Assembly: GCA_963799485.1 (NCBI GenBank)
Contig: CAWCXJ010000006.1
Coordinates: forward strand, 384,001-448,000
DNA length: 64,000 nucleotides
Reading direction: 5' to 3'
DNA from: an uncultured Trueperaceae bacterium
GTDB taxonomy: Bacteria > Deinococcota > Deinococci > Deinococcales > Trueperaceae
A model generated the notes under the pieces. It was not told the DNA's origin, did not search any database, and was given only the letters and a program-made list of their open reading frames with translations. The position numbers were made by a program, and so were the translations under genes. This document shows positions 41,861 to 51,962 of the stretch, piece after piece (positions within the stretch are counted from its first letter, which is position 1; each line of letters begins with the position of its first letter).

Positions 41861-42979
41861 TCACTTTACCCGCAGCAAGGTAAACCAGAAACGACTGCCC
41901 TCGCCCAACCGGCTTGTTGCCCCGATGGTTCCGCCCTGGGCTTCGGCGTAGTGCTTGGCGATGGTAAGTCCCACGCCACTTCCGCTCCCTTCTTGAGAGA
42001 ACCGCGACGGGTCGCCACGAAAAAAGCGGGTAAAGATGTAAGGGAGCAGGGCTTCGGAAATCCCCTCGCCGTTATCGTGGACGTTCATGGTGACCCGGTC
42101 GGGGTCGCTTGCATCGGCCCAGATCGTCACCTCGCCGCCGGTTGAGGTGTGCCTGAGGGCGTTCGTAAGCAGGTTGGCCAGAATTTGCGCGGTGCGCTGG
42201 GGGTCGACGTTTACCATGAGGTCGGGGGGTATCGGGAGACAATGTAGACGTACGCCTTTAGCGGTAAAAAGAGGCCTCAGCGCTGCGAGGGTTTGCTTGC
42301 AGACACGCTCCAGACTGATCTGCTCGAGCCTGATCGCACTTTGCTTTTCAGCCCGGTCAACTTCGGCAAGGTCGCTGACCAACCGCTCGAGGCGCGCGAC
42401 CTCCCTTAAACTCACCGCGATCGTTTCGTCTTCAAGGGTAAAAAGGCCGTCTTGAAGCCCCTCGAGGTTGCCCCGTAAACTGCTTAGCGGGGTGCGAAAC
42501 TCGTGTACCACGTTGCCGAGGACTTCGGTACGCTGAGCCTCAGCTTGGTTTAACGCCGTAACCATAGCGTAAAAAGAACGGGTCAAGTCGCCGATTTCCC
42601 CCGGAGCGGAGACTTGACCTACCTCGTATTGCCCCGACGCAACCCGGCGACTTGCGCTTTGCAAACGCCGCAGGGGTGAGACGATCTGTCTGGTGATAAA
42701 GAGACCGACGCCGCCGGCTACAAAGGTCGCTGCGAGCGCGCCCCAAAGCAGTGACTGGCTAAAGGTGCGGCGGTACGCCTCGCGGAGGTTCGCCAGCATC
42801 GGGTCGGTTCCCTGAGGCAGATTATGAAGTGTAAAGCCCATACTCGCGAGGTGCCGCTCAGCTAAAAAACGACCGAAGATTTCGCTCGTCCCCAGCAGTG
42901 TAGCGCTACCTACCAAAATGACCAGCACATAAGAGACGAACAGCCGCCAATACAAACGGGAGCTTTGCCGGGTCTTCAA
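41861..42979 (-). CDS. HAMP-domain sensor histidine kinase
   Basis: 2 TM, HAMP, HEFRTPL, NLLTNALRH, DNGEGI, GSGVGL. Confidence 0.95.
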   Translation of the reverse strand: MKTRQSSRLYWRLFVSYVLVILVGSATLLGTSEIFGRFLAERHLASMGFTLHNLPQGTDPMLANLREAYRRTFSQSLLWGALAATFVAGGVGLFITRQIVSPLRRLQSASRRVASGQYEVGQVSAPGEIGDLTRSFYAMVTALNQAEAQRTEVLGNVVHEFRTPLSSLRGNLEGLQDGLFTLEDETIAVSLREVARLERLVSDLAEVDRAEKQSAIRLEQISLERVCKQTLAALRPLFTAKGVRLHCLPIPPDLMVNVDPQRTAQILANLLTNALRHTSTGGEVTIWADASDPDRVTMNVHDNGEGISEALLPYIFTRFFRGDPSRFSQEGSGSGVGLTIAKHYAEAQGGTIGATSRLGEGSRFWFTLLRVK

Positions 42980-43668
42980 GCGCCCTCCTCGGCGAGCTTG
43001 TAGCCGACGCCGCGAACGGTAAGCACCCGCGTCGGTGTGTCGGGGTCGGCCTCCAACCTGCGCCGCAGATGAGAGATGTGCACGTCCACCACCCGGTCTA
43101 CGCCGGTAAAATCAGGACCCCAGACCCGGTTTAAGAGTTCATCGCGGCTGAACACGCGGCCCGGTTGGCGCATCAAGGTGTAGAGCAGTTTGAACTCGAG
43201 GACGGTCAGCGCGAGCGGCGTACCCGCACGGGTGACTGTTCGCTTACCAAAATCGAGCTGCAAAGAGCCTGCGGTGAGTACCGCGTCGTCGCCTTCGTCC
43301 GGCAATTCGGTGCGGCGCAGCACCGCTTTGACCCGCGCCACGAGTTCGCGTGGGCTAAAAGGTTTGGTCACGTAATCGTCTGCGCCTAGCTCGAGACCCA
43401 AGATGCGGTCGTTTTCTTCCGTGCGTGCAGTAAGCATGATAACGGGGGTGCGCTGCTCTTGGCGCAGCCGCCGCATAAACTCGAGGCCGTCTAAACCCGG
43501 TAACATCCAGTCGAGTACGATAAGTGCCGGTGGTTCGGTAAGCGTACGCTTTAGAGCAAACAGACCGTCGGCTGCTACTGCGACGTCGAAACCTTCCCGT
43601 TCCAGATACGCTTTTAGCGCGCGGACGATACCGGGGTCATCTTCGACGACCAGGATTTGGCCTTTCAT
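42976..43668 (-). CDS. OmpR/PhoB-family response regulator
   Basis: VVEDD, LDWMLP, GADDYVTKPF, RVVDVHISHLR, TVRGVGY. Confidence 0.96.
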   Translation of the reverse strand: MKGQILVVEDDPGIVRALKAYLEREGFDVAVAADGLFALKRTLTEPPALIVLDWMLPGLDGLEFMRRLRQEQRTPVIMLTARTEENDRILGLELGADDYVTKPFSPRELVARVKAVLRRTELPDEGDDAVLTAGSLQLDFGKRTVTRAGTPLALTVLEFKLLYTLMRQPGRVFSRDELLNRVWGPDFTGVDRVVDVHISHLRRRLEADPDTPTRVLTVRGVGYKLAEEGA

Positions 43669-43770
43669 TGGTACCTCACCTGTTGTGTGTGAATTTGGCG
43701 CATCTAGTGTTCAATATAGAAGAGAACGCCCCGCGCGAAGGCGTCTAAAACAGCATTTTCGGAAAGACAA

Positions 43771-43835
43771 TGGTTTTACTTGATGGTTTTGCCCGGTGGT
43801 TTTGCCCAGTGTTTTTACTCGATGTTTTTACTTGG
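43771..43835. repeat. 5 x 13-bp imperfect tandem repeat
   Basis: TGGTTTTACTTGA/TGGTTTTGCCCGG/TGGTTTTGCCCAG/TGTTTTTACTCGA/TGTTTTTACTTGG. Confidence 0.85.
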
Positions 43836-45150
43836 TGGTCACCAGCCGGTAGACTTTTCCGGTGTTACCCTTCGGCCCTTCCGTCTCTTTGGTCAGCACA
43901 TACGGCTCATCGCTGGCGTTTTGACCAAAAGCGAGCAGACGACCCGGCAACAGTCCGCCTTCTTCACCGCCGACTACCTGAAGCTGCCTGAAAGACCACA
44001 TACCCGTTTCGGAGGGCGTCGCACTCAGCAGCACGCCGTGGTGATTTTCTGCGGACCCGGCGTGGTTGCCGAAAAGATATTGACCTTCGTAGATAAGTGT
44101 TGCCACGGTAGATACAGCCGCCGATAATGGCGATGCCTACGTCGTGGCTTTGCTCGAGCACCGGGTCGATCAAGGGTGTACCGTCCGGTGTGCTGTCCGG
44201 ACAATTTTCCGGCGGTTGTTCAGGCGTTTGTGTCGAAAAGCAGTGCGCTCCCTCTTTAACGTGCCAGCTGTAGTTGCCCCCTTTTTGGACGATGTTGACC
44301 TCTTCAAAAAGCTCTTGCCGCAAGTCGGCGGTGTAGAGTGTTCCGTCTTGGTCGAATGAGAGAGCCCATGGGTTGCGAAGGCCGTAAGCCCACACTTCTT
44401 CAGCGCCGTTTTGTCCGACAAAGGGATTGGCCTGGGGAATAGCTGTAAGCTTTGCCCCCTTGCCGGGCATCGACGTCAATACGCAAGAGCGTACCTAACA
44501 GGTTCGTAGCGAGGCCTTGAGCGTTTCCGCCGTCGCTGACCTCGTACCAGTTGTCGATGTGGCCCACGTCCTCGTCGTTTGCGCCGCCGTCGCCTAAAGA
44601 AATATAGCGATAATCGTCCGGTCCAAAAGCAATCTGCCCGCCGCTGTGGTTGAGTTGCAGCTCATCGACGCGGAGCAAGACCCGCTCTGAATCTGGGTCT
44701 GCGCGGTTGGGTTCGTCTGAGACGCTAAACTCCGAGACGTGGCTCGTACTGCTCCAATCCGAGAGTGCGCTTTTCACGTAGGGGTGCGCTGTAATAGACG
44801 TAGAAACGCCCGTTTTGCGCGTAATCGGGGTGAAACGCCAGTCCCAGAAAGCCGCGTTCGTCGTAACTTTCGTTTGGGTCGACCAGCGCATCACGAAGGT
44901 CGAGAAAAGGCTGTGTGATGAGTTGACCGTTCGCGTCTATAATCTTGATAACGCCGATTTGGTCGACCACGAGAAGCCGCCCGCTGTCGTCCGGAGACGG
45001 TACAAGCACCGTCGGCGCGGTAAAGCCCTCGGCGACTAGCTCGAGCCCTATTTGCGGTGTCTGGGCGAAGCCGGTGTTTGCCGTTATAAGAATAGCTGCG
45101 AGCACGCCGGTTCCAAGTAAACGAGACGGAAGAAAAGGGGGCTTGACAGC
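43828..45150 (-). pseudogene. frameshifted PQQ-dependent sugar (glucose/sorbosone) dehydrogenase
   Basis: consecutive motifs ERGFLGLAFHP / NHSGGQIAFGPD..GDGG / AYGLRNPW..GGNY / GKVYRL lie in four successive ORF pieces (three frameshifts); no clear start. Confidence 0.88.
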
Positions 45151-45185
45151 GGGTTGTCCTTTCAGTTTTGCGCGCACAAAGTTGC

Positions 45186-45222
45186 AAAACCGCCGGGCTT
45201 TACGGCTGGGTAAAGCCCGGCG
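45186..45222 (-). terminator. 13-bp hairpin, probable terminator after the Csp gene
   Basis: CGCCGGGCTTTAC-N6-GTAAAGCCCGGCG followed on minus strand by GTTTT. Confidence 0.65.
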
Positions 45223-45403
45223 ACATACAAATATGCTTGATTCAGATGTAGTTGGTTCAGGTGTGGCTAGTTCAAATCGGCAAGCCGGCGAATAGACCCT
45301 CGGGTGTGTGAGAACTCGATCCCTCACCAGACAACCGGGATACCGACGCTGCTGTCGGCACCTCGGTTGTAATCGCTTTAGACAACGGTTTTAGACAGTA
45401 GCT

Positions 45404-45814
45404 TCAGACCTTCGGCCCAAGCTGTTGCAAAAGTGCGTTACACGCTTCTTCGCAGCTCCGGCAGCTTTCCATACACACCTGACAGTGCGCGTGCATGTCT
45501 TTATGCTTTTCGCACTCGCTGCCGCACAGCTTGCACGCCGTCATGCACGCCTCCAACTGTGCGCGCAAAAGCGTCATCTCGGGTTCGGTCTGGCGCGACA
45601 GGACTCGCGCGGTAGTGTCACAGATATCGGCGCAGTCGAGGTTCTGCCGAATGCAGTAGCGTAAGTCGGCCACCATCTCTTCGGACAAACAAGCGTCGGC
45701 GCACGACGTGCAGATTTGCGCGCACTCGAACGCCGAGTCGATAACTTTTGTCAAGGCGCTGATATCTACGTTCATGGGTTTCGGGTGTTCCCCCAACATA
45801 CGCTGTGTGTTCAT
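45404..45814 (-). CDS. four-helix-bundle copper storage protein (Csp3/DUF326-like)
   Basis: 136 aa, 16 Cys in CxxC/CxxxC, H..MH.HC motif, no signal peptide; GGAGG RBS. Confidence 0.9.
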   Translation of the reverse strand: MNTQRMLGEHPKPMNVDISALTKVIDSAFECAQICTSCADACLSEEMVADLRYCIRQNLDCADICDTTARVLSRQTEPEMTLLRAQLEACMTACKLCGSECEKHKDMHAHCQVCMESCRSCEEACNALLQQLGPKV

Positions 45815-45962
45815 TTTTTTCCTCCAAAACGGTATCGTACCAACCAAAATTTTGACGTGTCTGCCGCTACTCCGCTGCCCCTTTCTTAAGTATTAGTAGA
45901 CCTTAACAAGAAAACGCAAAACCTTTATAAAGCACGGCTACTGTATTTTGGTAAAGGCGCTC

Positions 45963-47399
45963 TTACCCGCCGAAGACCCGCCCCAGATACTGTGTCACTG
46001 AAAGGGCAGTGCTCGGCAGTACCCCGAACAAGAGTGTGCCGAAGACGCTGATACCGAGCGCCAAAAGATACCCCGGCCAATTGGGAACACGACTCTCGGT
46101 CTCCGGAGCCCGCAGGTACATTTCCACGATGGGCAGCAGATAGTAGTACAAGGCCACGGCAAAGTTCACAATGGCAATGACGGCAAGCCAGGTCAGCCCG
46201 CCTGAAAGCGTAACGTCTAACAGCAAAACCTTTCCTGCAAACCCGGCGAGTGGCGGGATACCGGCGAGCGACAACAGCGACAGGGTAAGGCCCACAGCTG
46301 CCAGGGGTGAACGTTGGCCCAAACCCCGTAGACCCCGCATCTCGTCACTGCCGGTGAGGCGCTCCAACTGCGCTGCAACGACAAATGCGCCCAGGTTCAT
46401 CAGCAGATACGCGAGCAGGTAGTAGCCAGCGGCGCTCAGAGCTGAAGGTACACGCTCAGCAACAGCGACGACCATTAGTACGTAGCCTGCTTGAGCGATG
46501 CTCGAGTAGGCCAACAGCCGTTTAAGCCGCGTTTGCCGCAACGCGATAAAGTTACCGAGGGTCATCGTCAGCGCAGCCAAGACAGCCACGGCAAGGGGCC
46601 AAGCGGCGAGCCCGCCCGGTAGCGCCACGAGGAGAAAGCGCAGCAGCGCTGCAAACCCCGCCAGCTTAGGGACGACCGTCAAAAACCCGGTGACGGGCGC
46701 AGACGCCCCGGTATACACGTCGGGCGCCCAGAAATGAAACGGCACCGCGGTAATTTCAAAGGCGTAACCGATTAGCACCAGACCGAAAGCGAGCGCCACC
46801 CAGACCCTATCCGCGCCTGCCAAACCTGCGCCAATCGCGGGCAGCGACAAGTTCCCGGTGAGGCCGTAAAGAAACGAAAGCCCGTAAGCCATGACCGCCA
46901 GGGCCACCGCGCCGTAGATAAAGTATTTAAGCGCTGCCTCGTTCGCCTCCCTGTTGGTTCGGACCAGCGCCACCAAGATGTACGAGGCCATGCTGAGCAG
47001 CTGCAAAAAGAGCACGATAAAGCCCAGATCGAGGCTGCTCGCCGCCAGCACTCCGCCGAGCGTCGAAAAGAGCAGCGCGACCGCCGCGTGCCCCTCTTTG
47101 CCCGTCCCGCGAAAATGTGACCCGATAGTAAAAATTGACAAGAGTGCGCCGAGCAGAATCAGGAGCTTAAAGACCGTACCGAAACCGTCTACCGCGTAGA
47201 CACCGCAAAAGACGGCCTGGTCTTGCCAAGAAAGCATCCGCACGCTAAAAACAGCTGCGGCGATAAGGCCGCAAACCGCCAAAAATACGACGACGTTTTG
47301 ACCCCGCCCTTTGCTCAGACCGGCAACCGGAACCAGCGCAAGCGCAAATCCTGCAAGAATCATCTCGGGCACAATCGCCCAGAGGTCCATGCACTCCAC
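45963..47399 (-). CDS. nuoN: NADH-quinone oxidoreductase subunit N-like
   Basis: EAALKYFIYG, VPFHFWAPDVYTGA, KRLLAYSSIAQAGY, GIPPLAGFAGK. Confidence 0.9.
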   Translation of the reverse strand: MECMDLWAIVPEMILAGFALALVPVAGLSKGRGQNVVVFLAVCGLIAAAVFSVRMLSWQDQAVFCGVYAVDGFGTVFKLLILLGALLSIFTIGSHFRGTGKEGHAAVALLFSTLGGVLAASSLDLGFIVLFLQLLSMASYILVALVRTNREANEAALKYFIYGAVALAVMAYGLSFLYGLTGNLSLPAIGAGLAGADRVWVALAFGLVLIGYAFEITAVPFHFWAPDVYTGASAPVTGFLTVVPKLAGFAALLRFLLVALPGGLAAWPLAVAVLAALTMTLGNFIALRQTRLKRLLAYSSIAQAGYVLMVVAVAERVPSALSAAGYYLLAYLLMNLGAFVVAAQLERLTGSDEMRGLRGLGQRSPLAAVGLTLSLLSLAGIPPLAGFAGKVLLLDVTLSGGLTWLAVIAIVNFAVALYYYLLPIVEMYLRAPETESRVPNWPGYLLALGISVFGTLLFGVLPSTALSVTQYLGRVFGG

Positions 47400-47403
47400 C
47401 GCG

Positions 47404-48885
47404 CTAACCGCCGCTTCCGATTCGGCTCAGCATGATGATCGTACCGTCCAACACCCGCAAGAACGGCCCCGGCAAAAGCCCAATCGCAAGTGACAGTGCA
47501 GCCAGCGGGATGACGGCTGTGGCCTCACGCGGATTCAAGTCGTGCACCTCGGGCATGTTGTCGGGCGCTGTACCCATCAAGAGAGCGGTGAGAATCTTTA
47601 GGTAAAGACCCGTCGAGATAATCAGTCCCAAAACGGCGACCAGTGCCAGCCAGATATTTACCGACAATGTTGCGCCGATCACCTGAAACTCGGCGACAAA
47701 GCCTGACAGCCCCGGTAAGCCCAACGACCCGAACGCCAGCAAACCCAGAAGACCGCTGTAAGCCGGTATTTTGCCGAGCAAACCGCCGAACCGTGCCAGC
47801 TCCCGTGTCCCTGCCTGATGCTGCAAAATCCCGGCCAAAAAGAACATCCCACCCGTCAAGAGGCCGTGGCTGATGGTTTGCAAGACCGCGCCGCTGAGGG
47901 CGAGCTGCCGCACGCCGGGGTCGCTTGAAAGTCCCCATACCGCCACGCCCAACAGCACAAACCCCATGTGGTTGACCGAGGTGTAGGCGATAAGGCGTTT
48001 GAGGTCGCTCTGCGCGAGCGCCGCCAGCGCCCCGTAAACGAGCGACACGAGTGCCAGCAGCATCAGTAACCAGGCGTACTGCCGCACCGTATCGGGCATG
48101 GTCGGGAGCATAATGGCTAAAAAGCCGTACGCCCCCATCTTGAGCTGAATCCCGGCGAGCATCACGCTGCCTTCGGTCGGCGCTTCGACGTGGGCGTCGG
48201 GCAGCCAGTTGTGGAGCGGCACGGTCGGCAGTTTGACGCCGAAACCGAGCAGTAAGCCCAAAAAGACCCAGAACCCGGTTGCTGAACCCGCGAAAGGCTG
48301 CGCCGCGCTGATGTCGGCGAGCGAAAAACTGCGCCCGCTCGCCAGGTAGAGCGCCAAAAAACTGAGCAGCATCGCCAAACTGCCGACGCGAGTATAGAGA
48401 AAGAACTTCAAGGCTGCGTAACGGCGGTTTTCGCCGCCCCAAATCCCGACGATAAAATACATCGGGACGAGGCCGATTTCGAAAAATAGGTAAAAAAGCA
48501 GCAGGTCGCGAGCCGCAAACAGTCCCAAGAGCCCGGTGCCCATCAGCAAAAACAAAAACGCATGTTCTTTAGCCCGGTCGCGCTCGGGCAGCACGTAAAC
48601 CATCGTCAGGGTCATCAGTAGCGCAGTTAAGACAATCAGCGGGAGTGAAAGTCCGGTGACGGCGACGTCATAGCTCGCACCCAAACTTGGAATCCACGGC
48701 GTAGTGGCGCGCCACTGAAGCTGCGGGCCGGCGGGATTGTAACCTATCCACAAAACGAGCGTCAAAAGCAGTGTCAGCAGCGACCCGGCGAGAGCCGTCC
48801 AGCGCATGGCGCGCGCTTTCTCTCGGGGTAGTGCGAGGACGACGAGCCCCGTTAGAAGCGGTAAAAAGATGGTGATACTCAGCAT
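47404..48885 (-). CDS. nuoM: NADH-quinone oxidoreductase subunit M-like
   Basis: FYLFFE, AALKFFLYT, VKLP.VPLHNWLPDAHVEAP, KRLIAYTSVNHMG, GFVAEF. Confidence 0.93.
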   Translation of the reverse strand: MLSITIFLPLLTGLVVLALPREKARAMRWTALAGSLLTLLLTLVLWIGYNPAGPQLQWRATTPWIPSLGASYDVAVTGLSLPLIVLTALLMTLTMVYVLPERDRAKEHAFLFLLMGTGLLGLFAARDLLLFYLFFEIGLVPMYFIVGIWGGENRRYAALKFFLYTRVGSLAMLLSFLALYLASGRSFSLADISAAQPFAGSATGFWVFLGLLLGFGVKLPTVPLHNWLPDAHVEAPTEGSVMLAGIQLKMGAYGFLAIMLPTMPDTVRQYAWLLMLLALVSLVYGALAALAQSDLKRLIAYTSVNHMGFVLLGVAVWGLSSDPGVRQLALSGAVLQTISHGLLTGGMFFLAGILQHQAGTRELARFGGLLGKIPAYSGLLGLLAFGSLGLPGLSGFVAEFQVIGATLSVNIWLALVAVLGLIISTGLYLKILTALLMGTAPDNMPEVHDLNPREATAVIPLAALSLAIGLLPGPFLRVLDGTIIMLSRIGSGG

Positions 48886-48919
48886 GATGCCCCCACTGAA
48901 CTTGCTTTACGTTGATTTG

Positions 48920-50773
48920 TTACCACCACAGCAACCCTCCGACCAGGGCAGCCGCAACCCAAACGAACAGAACAAGCGTATAAAGGTAAAGCTTGCCGCT
49001 CTCGGTTACGCGCAGCCGTTCGCCGGAACGGCCCAGCAGGCGGGCGAACGCGTTGCCACCACCTGAAAACCCTGCTTGTTCGGCCCGCTCGGTTCCGGCA
49101 GCGGTGCTTGTAGCAGCGGCGGCGAGGCCGCGAGCCCCGCTGTCAAAGCTGCGCTCGAGCCTGTTCACGCCTGCTGCAACTGCTTGCACTGCGGTGACCG
49201 GCGCAGCGGTCACGGTGTCGAGGCCACGCCCTAGGCCTGTCGAAAACGCTCCAAAGGCAGGTACAGGGCCGTGCTGCAGCGTTCGCCAGCTCCCGAACAC
49301 AAGCCCTGAAACGCTCGCCGCTACTGCCCAGAAGCTCCAGACGGCACGAACCTCCAGCGCTTCGGCAAAGTTCAACGAGGACTCGAGGGGCCCCACTAAC
49401 AACCAGCCTGCGACAAGTGCAAGCACCGCCAAAAGAACCATCGGCAAGGCCATCCACACGCCCGGTCTTTTACCGGTCGGTTTCGGCGCATCCGGCCAGG
49501 AGAGAAAGGCCGCCACACCCGCCCGGCTGATATATACCCCCGCGAGAAAAATCACCAGCAGTAAAAATGCACCGGCAAACGGACTTACAAACACAGCCCT
49601 TGCCAGAATCGCCTCTTCGCTCCAAAAGGCGGAAAAAGGTGGAAGCCCTGCCAGTGTCAAGCCCGCCGCTGCAAACACCCCAGCCGTTAGGGGAAGTTGT
49701 CGCCAGAGTCCGCCCATCTTCCGCAGGTCGTAACCCCCGGCGACGTGCCCGACCGCGCCCGCCGTAAGAAATAGCGCCGCCTTGAAGAGCGCCTGCATAC
49801 TCAGGTGAAACGCAGCCGCAAAAGCGCCGCCCAGTCCCAGCGCGAAAAACATCTCACCGAGTTGTGAAACCGTAGACCACGCCAAAACCTGTTTCAGATC
49901 GGTCTGCACCGTAGCGACGAGGGCGGCAAAAAGTGCCGTTAGTGCGCCCAGCCAGAACACCAGCGCAAGTACACCTGGGGCCGCCTCGTAGAGCGGAAAG
50001 AGCCGCAGGGGCAGATAAACACCTGCAGCTACCATCGTCGCGGAATGAATCAGCGCCGAGACGGGCGTCGGGCCGGCCATCGCGTCGGGTAGCCAAGCTG
50101 TTAGTGGGAGCTGGGCGCTTTTGCCGAGCGCCCCGAGGAGTAAGAGGAAAGCAGCGAGTGTCGCAGTGCCCAAAGGCAATTCGCCTATAGCGCCCAAAGT
50201 TGTCTGAATGTCGGTTGTCCCGACCGCTAAGAGCAGCAGCAGCCACCCGAGTAGCAGACCAAGGTCGCCTAAACGGGTCATCAGAAAGGCTTTGCGCGCC
50301 GCTTCTTTCGCGTCGATTTGGCTGTACCAGAACCCGATCAGCAAATACGATGCGAGCCCGACGCCTTCCCAGGCGGCAAACAAAAGTACCATAGAGTTGC
50401 TTAAGACAAGCGTCAGCATTGCGCCGATAAAAAACGACAGGGTGCTGTAAAAACGCGGTTTGCCCTGTTCATCAGCCATGTAACCGACTGCGTATATCCC
50501 GACGAGTAGCCCGACACCCGCCACCAACACTGCCAGCAGGTATGAAAGTGGGTCGAGGCTGAGACCCACCGTCAGGGTATAGGGGCCGATCACCAACCAC
50601 TGCGCCGTCACGCTGGGTTGCGACCCAAAGAGGATAAGCAAAAGCGTCAGCGAGACGCCGGTTGCACCCGCACTCAGCCAACCGCCGCCACTGGGTAACC
50701 GCTTTCTAAGAACAAAGATAACAAGCGCCATCAAAAGCGGTACGAGCGGTGTAGCGATAACGAGCGCCGTCAC
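48920..50773 (-). CDS. nuoL: NADH-quinone oxidoreductase subunit L-like
   Basis: WEGVGLASYLLIGFW, TRLGD, GKSAQLP..WLPDAMAGPTPVSALIH, C-terminal lateral helix plus TM. Confidence 0.93.
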   Translation of the reverse strand: MTALVIATPLVPLLMALVIFVLRKRLPSGGGWLSAGATGVSLTLLLILFGSQPSVTAQWLVIGPYTLTVGLSLDPLSYLLAVLVAGVGLLVGIYAVGYMADEQGKPRFYSTLSFFIGAMLTLVLSNSMVLLFAAWEGVGLASYLLIGFWYSQIDAKEAARKAFLMTRLGDLGLLLGWLLLLLAVGTTDIQTTLGAIGELPLGTATLAAFLLLLGALGKSAQLPLTAWLPDAMAGPTPVSALIHSATMVAAGVYLPLRLFPLYEAAPGVLALVFWLGALTALFAALVATVQTDLKQVLAWSTVSQLGEMFFALGLGGAFAAAFHLSMQALFKAALFLTAGAVGHVAGGYDLRKMGGLWRQLPLTAGVFAAAGLTLAGLPPFSAFWSEEAILARAVFVSPFAGAFLLLVIFLAGVYISRAGVAAFLSWPDAPKPTGKRPGVWMALPMVLLAVLALVAGWLLVGPLESSLNFAEALEVRAVWSFWAVAASVSGLVFGSWRTLQHGPVPAFGAFSTGLGRGLDTVTAAPVTAVQAVAAGVNRLERSFDSGARGLAAAATSTAAGTERAEQAGFSGGGNAFARLLGRSGERLRVTESGKLYLYTLVLFVWVAAALVGGLLWW

Positions 50774-51081
50774 CCGCGTAGCTCCGCGAAGTCGTCAACC
50801 TGCGCGGTCTGCCGGGTGCGGTAGAGCATCATCATGATGGCCAGCCCGATGGCCATTTCAACGGCTCCCAGGGTCACGATGATAATCAGAAAAATCTGCC
50901 CGGAATAGTCTACGGGTGCAACAAAACGCCAGAAAGCCACGATATTAAGCCCGACCGCGTTTAAGAGCACCTCGACGCCCATCAGGATCATGACTGCCGA
51001 ACGTTGCGCGATAACGGTGTAGATACCGATACCGAAGAGGATAGCAGCGACAATCAAAAAAGCTGTCAAGGGTAAAGTCAT
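50770..51081 (-). CDS. nuoK: NADH-quinone oxidoreductase subunit K-like
   Basis: LFGIG, GVEVLLNA, GQIF, AVEMAIGLA. Confidence 0.92.
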   Translation of the reverse strand: MTLPLTAFLIVAAILFGIGIYTVIAQRSAVMILMGVEVLLNAVGLNIVAFWRFVAPVDYSGQIFLIIIVTLGAVEMAIGLAIMMMLYRTRQTAQVDDFAELRG

Positions 51082-51962
51082 GCGTTGTCCTCCAACGGTT
51101 TCAAGGTGTCATCCTCGAGTTCAGACGGCATTTCGTCCTGCCCTACACGTACCTCGCGTCCTTTGTCCGACGGATGACGGTCGGGCCGGGCGATATACAC
51201 CGCGCCGAAAATACCCACTAAAATCAGGAAGCCCGCCCCCTCGAACGCCATCATGTACTTGCTCATCAGCAAGTCCCCGACCTGCTTCGCCGAATCGGGG
51301 TTGGGCAGCGCGTCCATAACGGGCCACGCCGGTCGCAGCAAAAGCAGCAACACGAGCAGCGCGCCCGTCGCTAAGCCGAGCCACACTGCGTAGGGGCGCA
51401 CCGGTGTGACCATTGACATATCCATGTCGCCCATATCCATGTCGCCGTGATTCATGCCCTCGTGGTTCATCTCGCCGTCATCACTATGATCTTCGTCCTC
51501 TTGAGGACCCTCATCGCCCGCACCTTGCTCACCGGATGACATGTCGTGATGCGCGTGCTGATGGTTTTGCTGCTCATCGTTAGCTTCGGCATTTTGACCT
51601 AGGTTCTCGACACGGGACGCTTTCACGTCATTTTCTTCTTTGGGTAGCAGACCTCGACTAAAAAAGTTTTCAACCGGGGCCATGTCCATCCCCGCCATCA
51701 TGCTGCCGCCGGGGTCGTGCATCAAGAGCACCATGAAAAGCACCATCACCAGCATCCCGCCGATATACATCATGATTTGCAGGAGCCCCAAGAGGTCGGC
51801 GGAGAGCAGGATAAAGAGCCCCGACACCCCGATAAACGACGCCATCAGGAAGATGCCGCTGCGAAACATGCTCATCGTTGTCGCCATGCCGAGCGCACCC
51901 AAAATGGCAATCAGCGACAGCAAGCCGAAGGCAAATATTTGGGCTACAGCTCCCAAAATCAT
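51078..51962 (-). CDS. nuoJ: NADH-quinone oxidoreductase subunit J-like with His/Met-rich insertion
   Basis: QIMMYIGGMLVMVLFMVLL, VGDLLMSKYMMAFE; 294 aa; ATGA overlaps on both sides. Confidence 0.88.
   Translation of the reverse strand: MILGAVAQIFAFGLLSLIAILGALGMATTMSMFRSGIFLMASFIGVSGLFILLSADLLGLLQIMMYIGGMLVMVLFMVLLMHDPGGSMMAGMDMAPVENFFSRGLLPKEENDVKASRVENLGQNAEANDEQQNHQHAHHDMSSGEQGAGDEGPQEDEDHSDDGEMNHEGMNHGDMDMGDMDMSMVTPVRPYAVWLGLATGALLVLLLLLRPAWPVMDALPNPDSAKQVGDLLMSKYMMAFEGAGFLILVGIFGAVYIARPDRHPSDKGREVRVGQDEMPSELEDDTLKPLEDNA

Noticed and set aside
47525..48442. 305-aa Arg-rich ORF
   Set aside because: Alternate frame within nuoM
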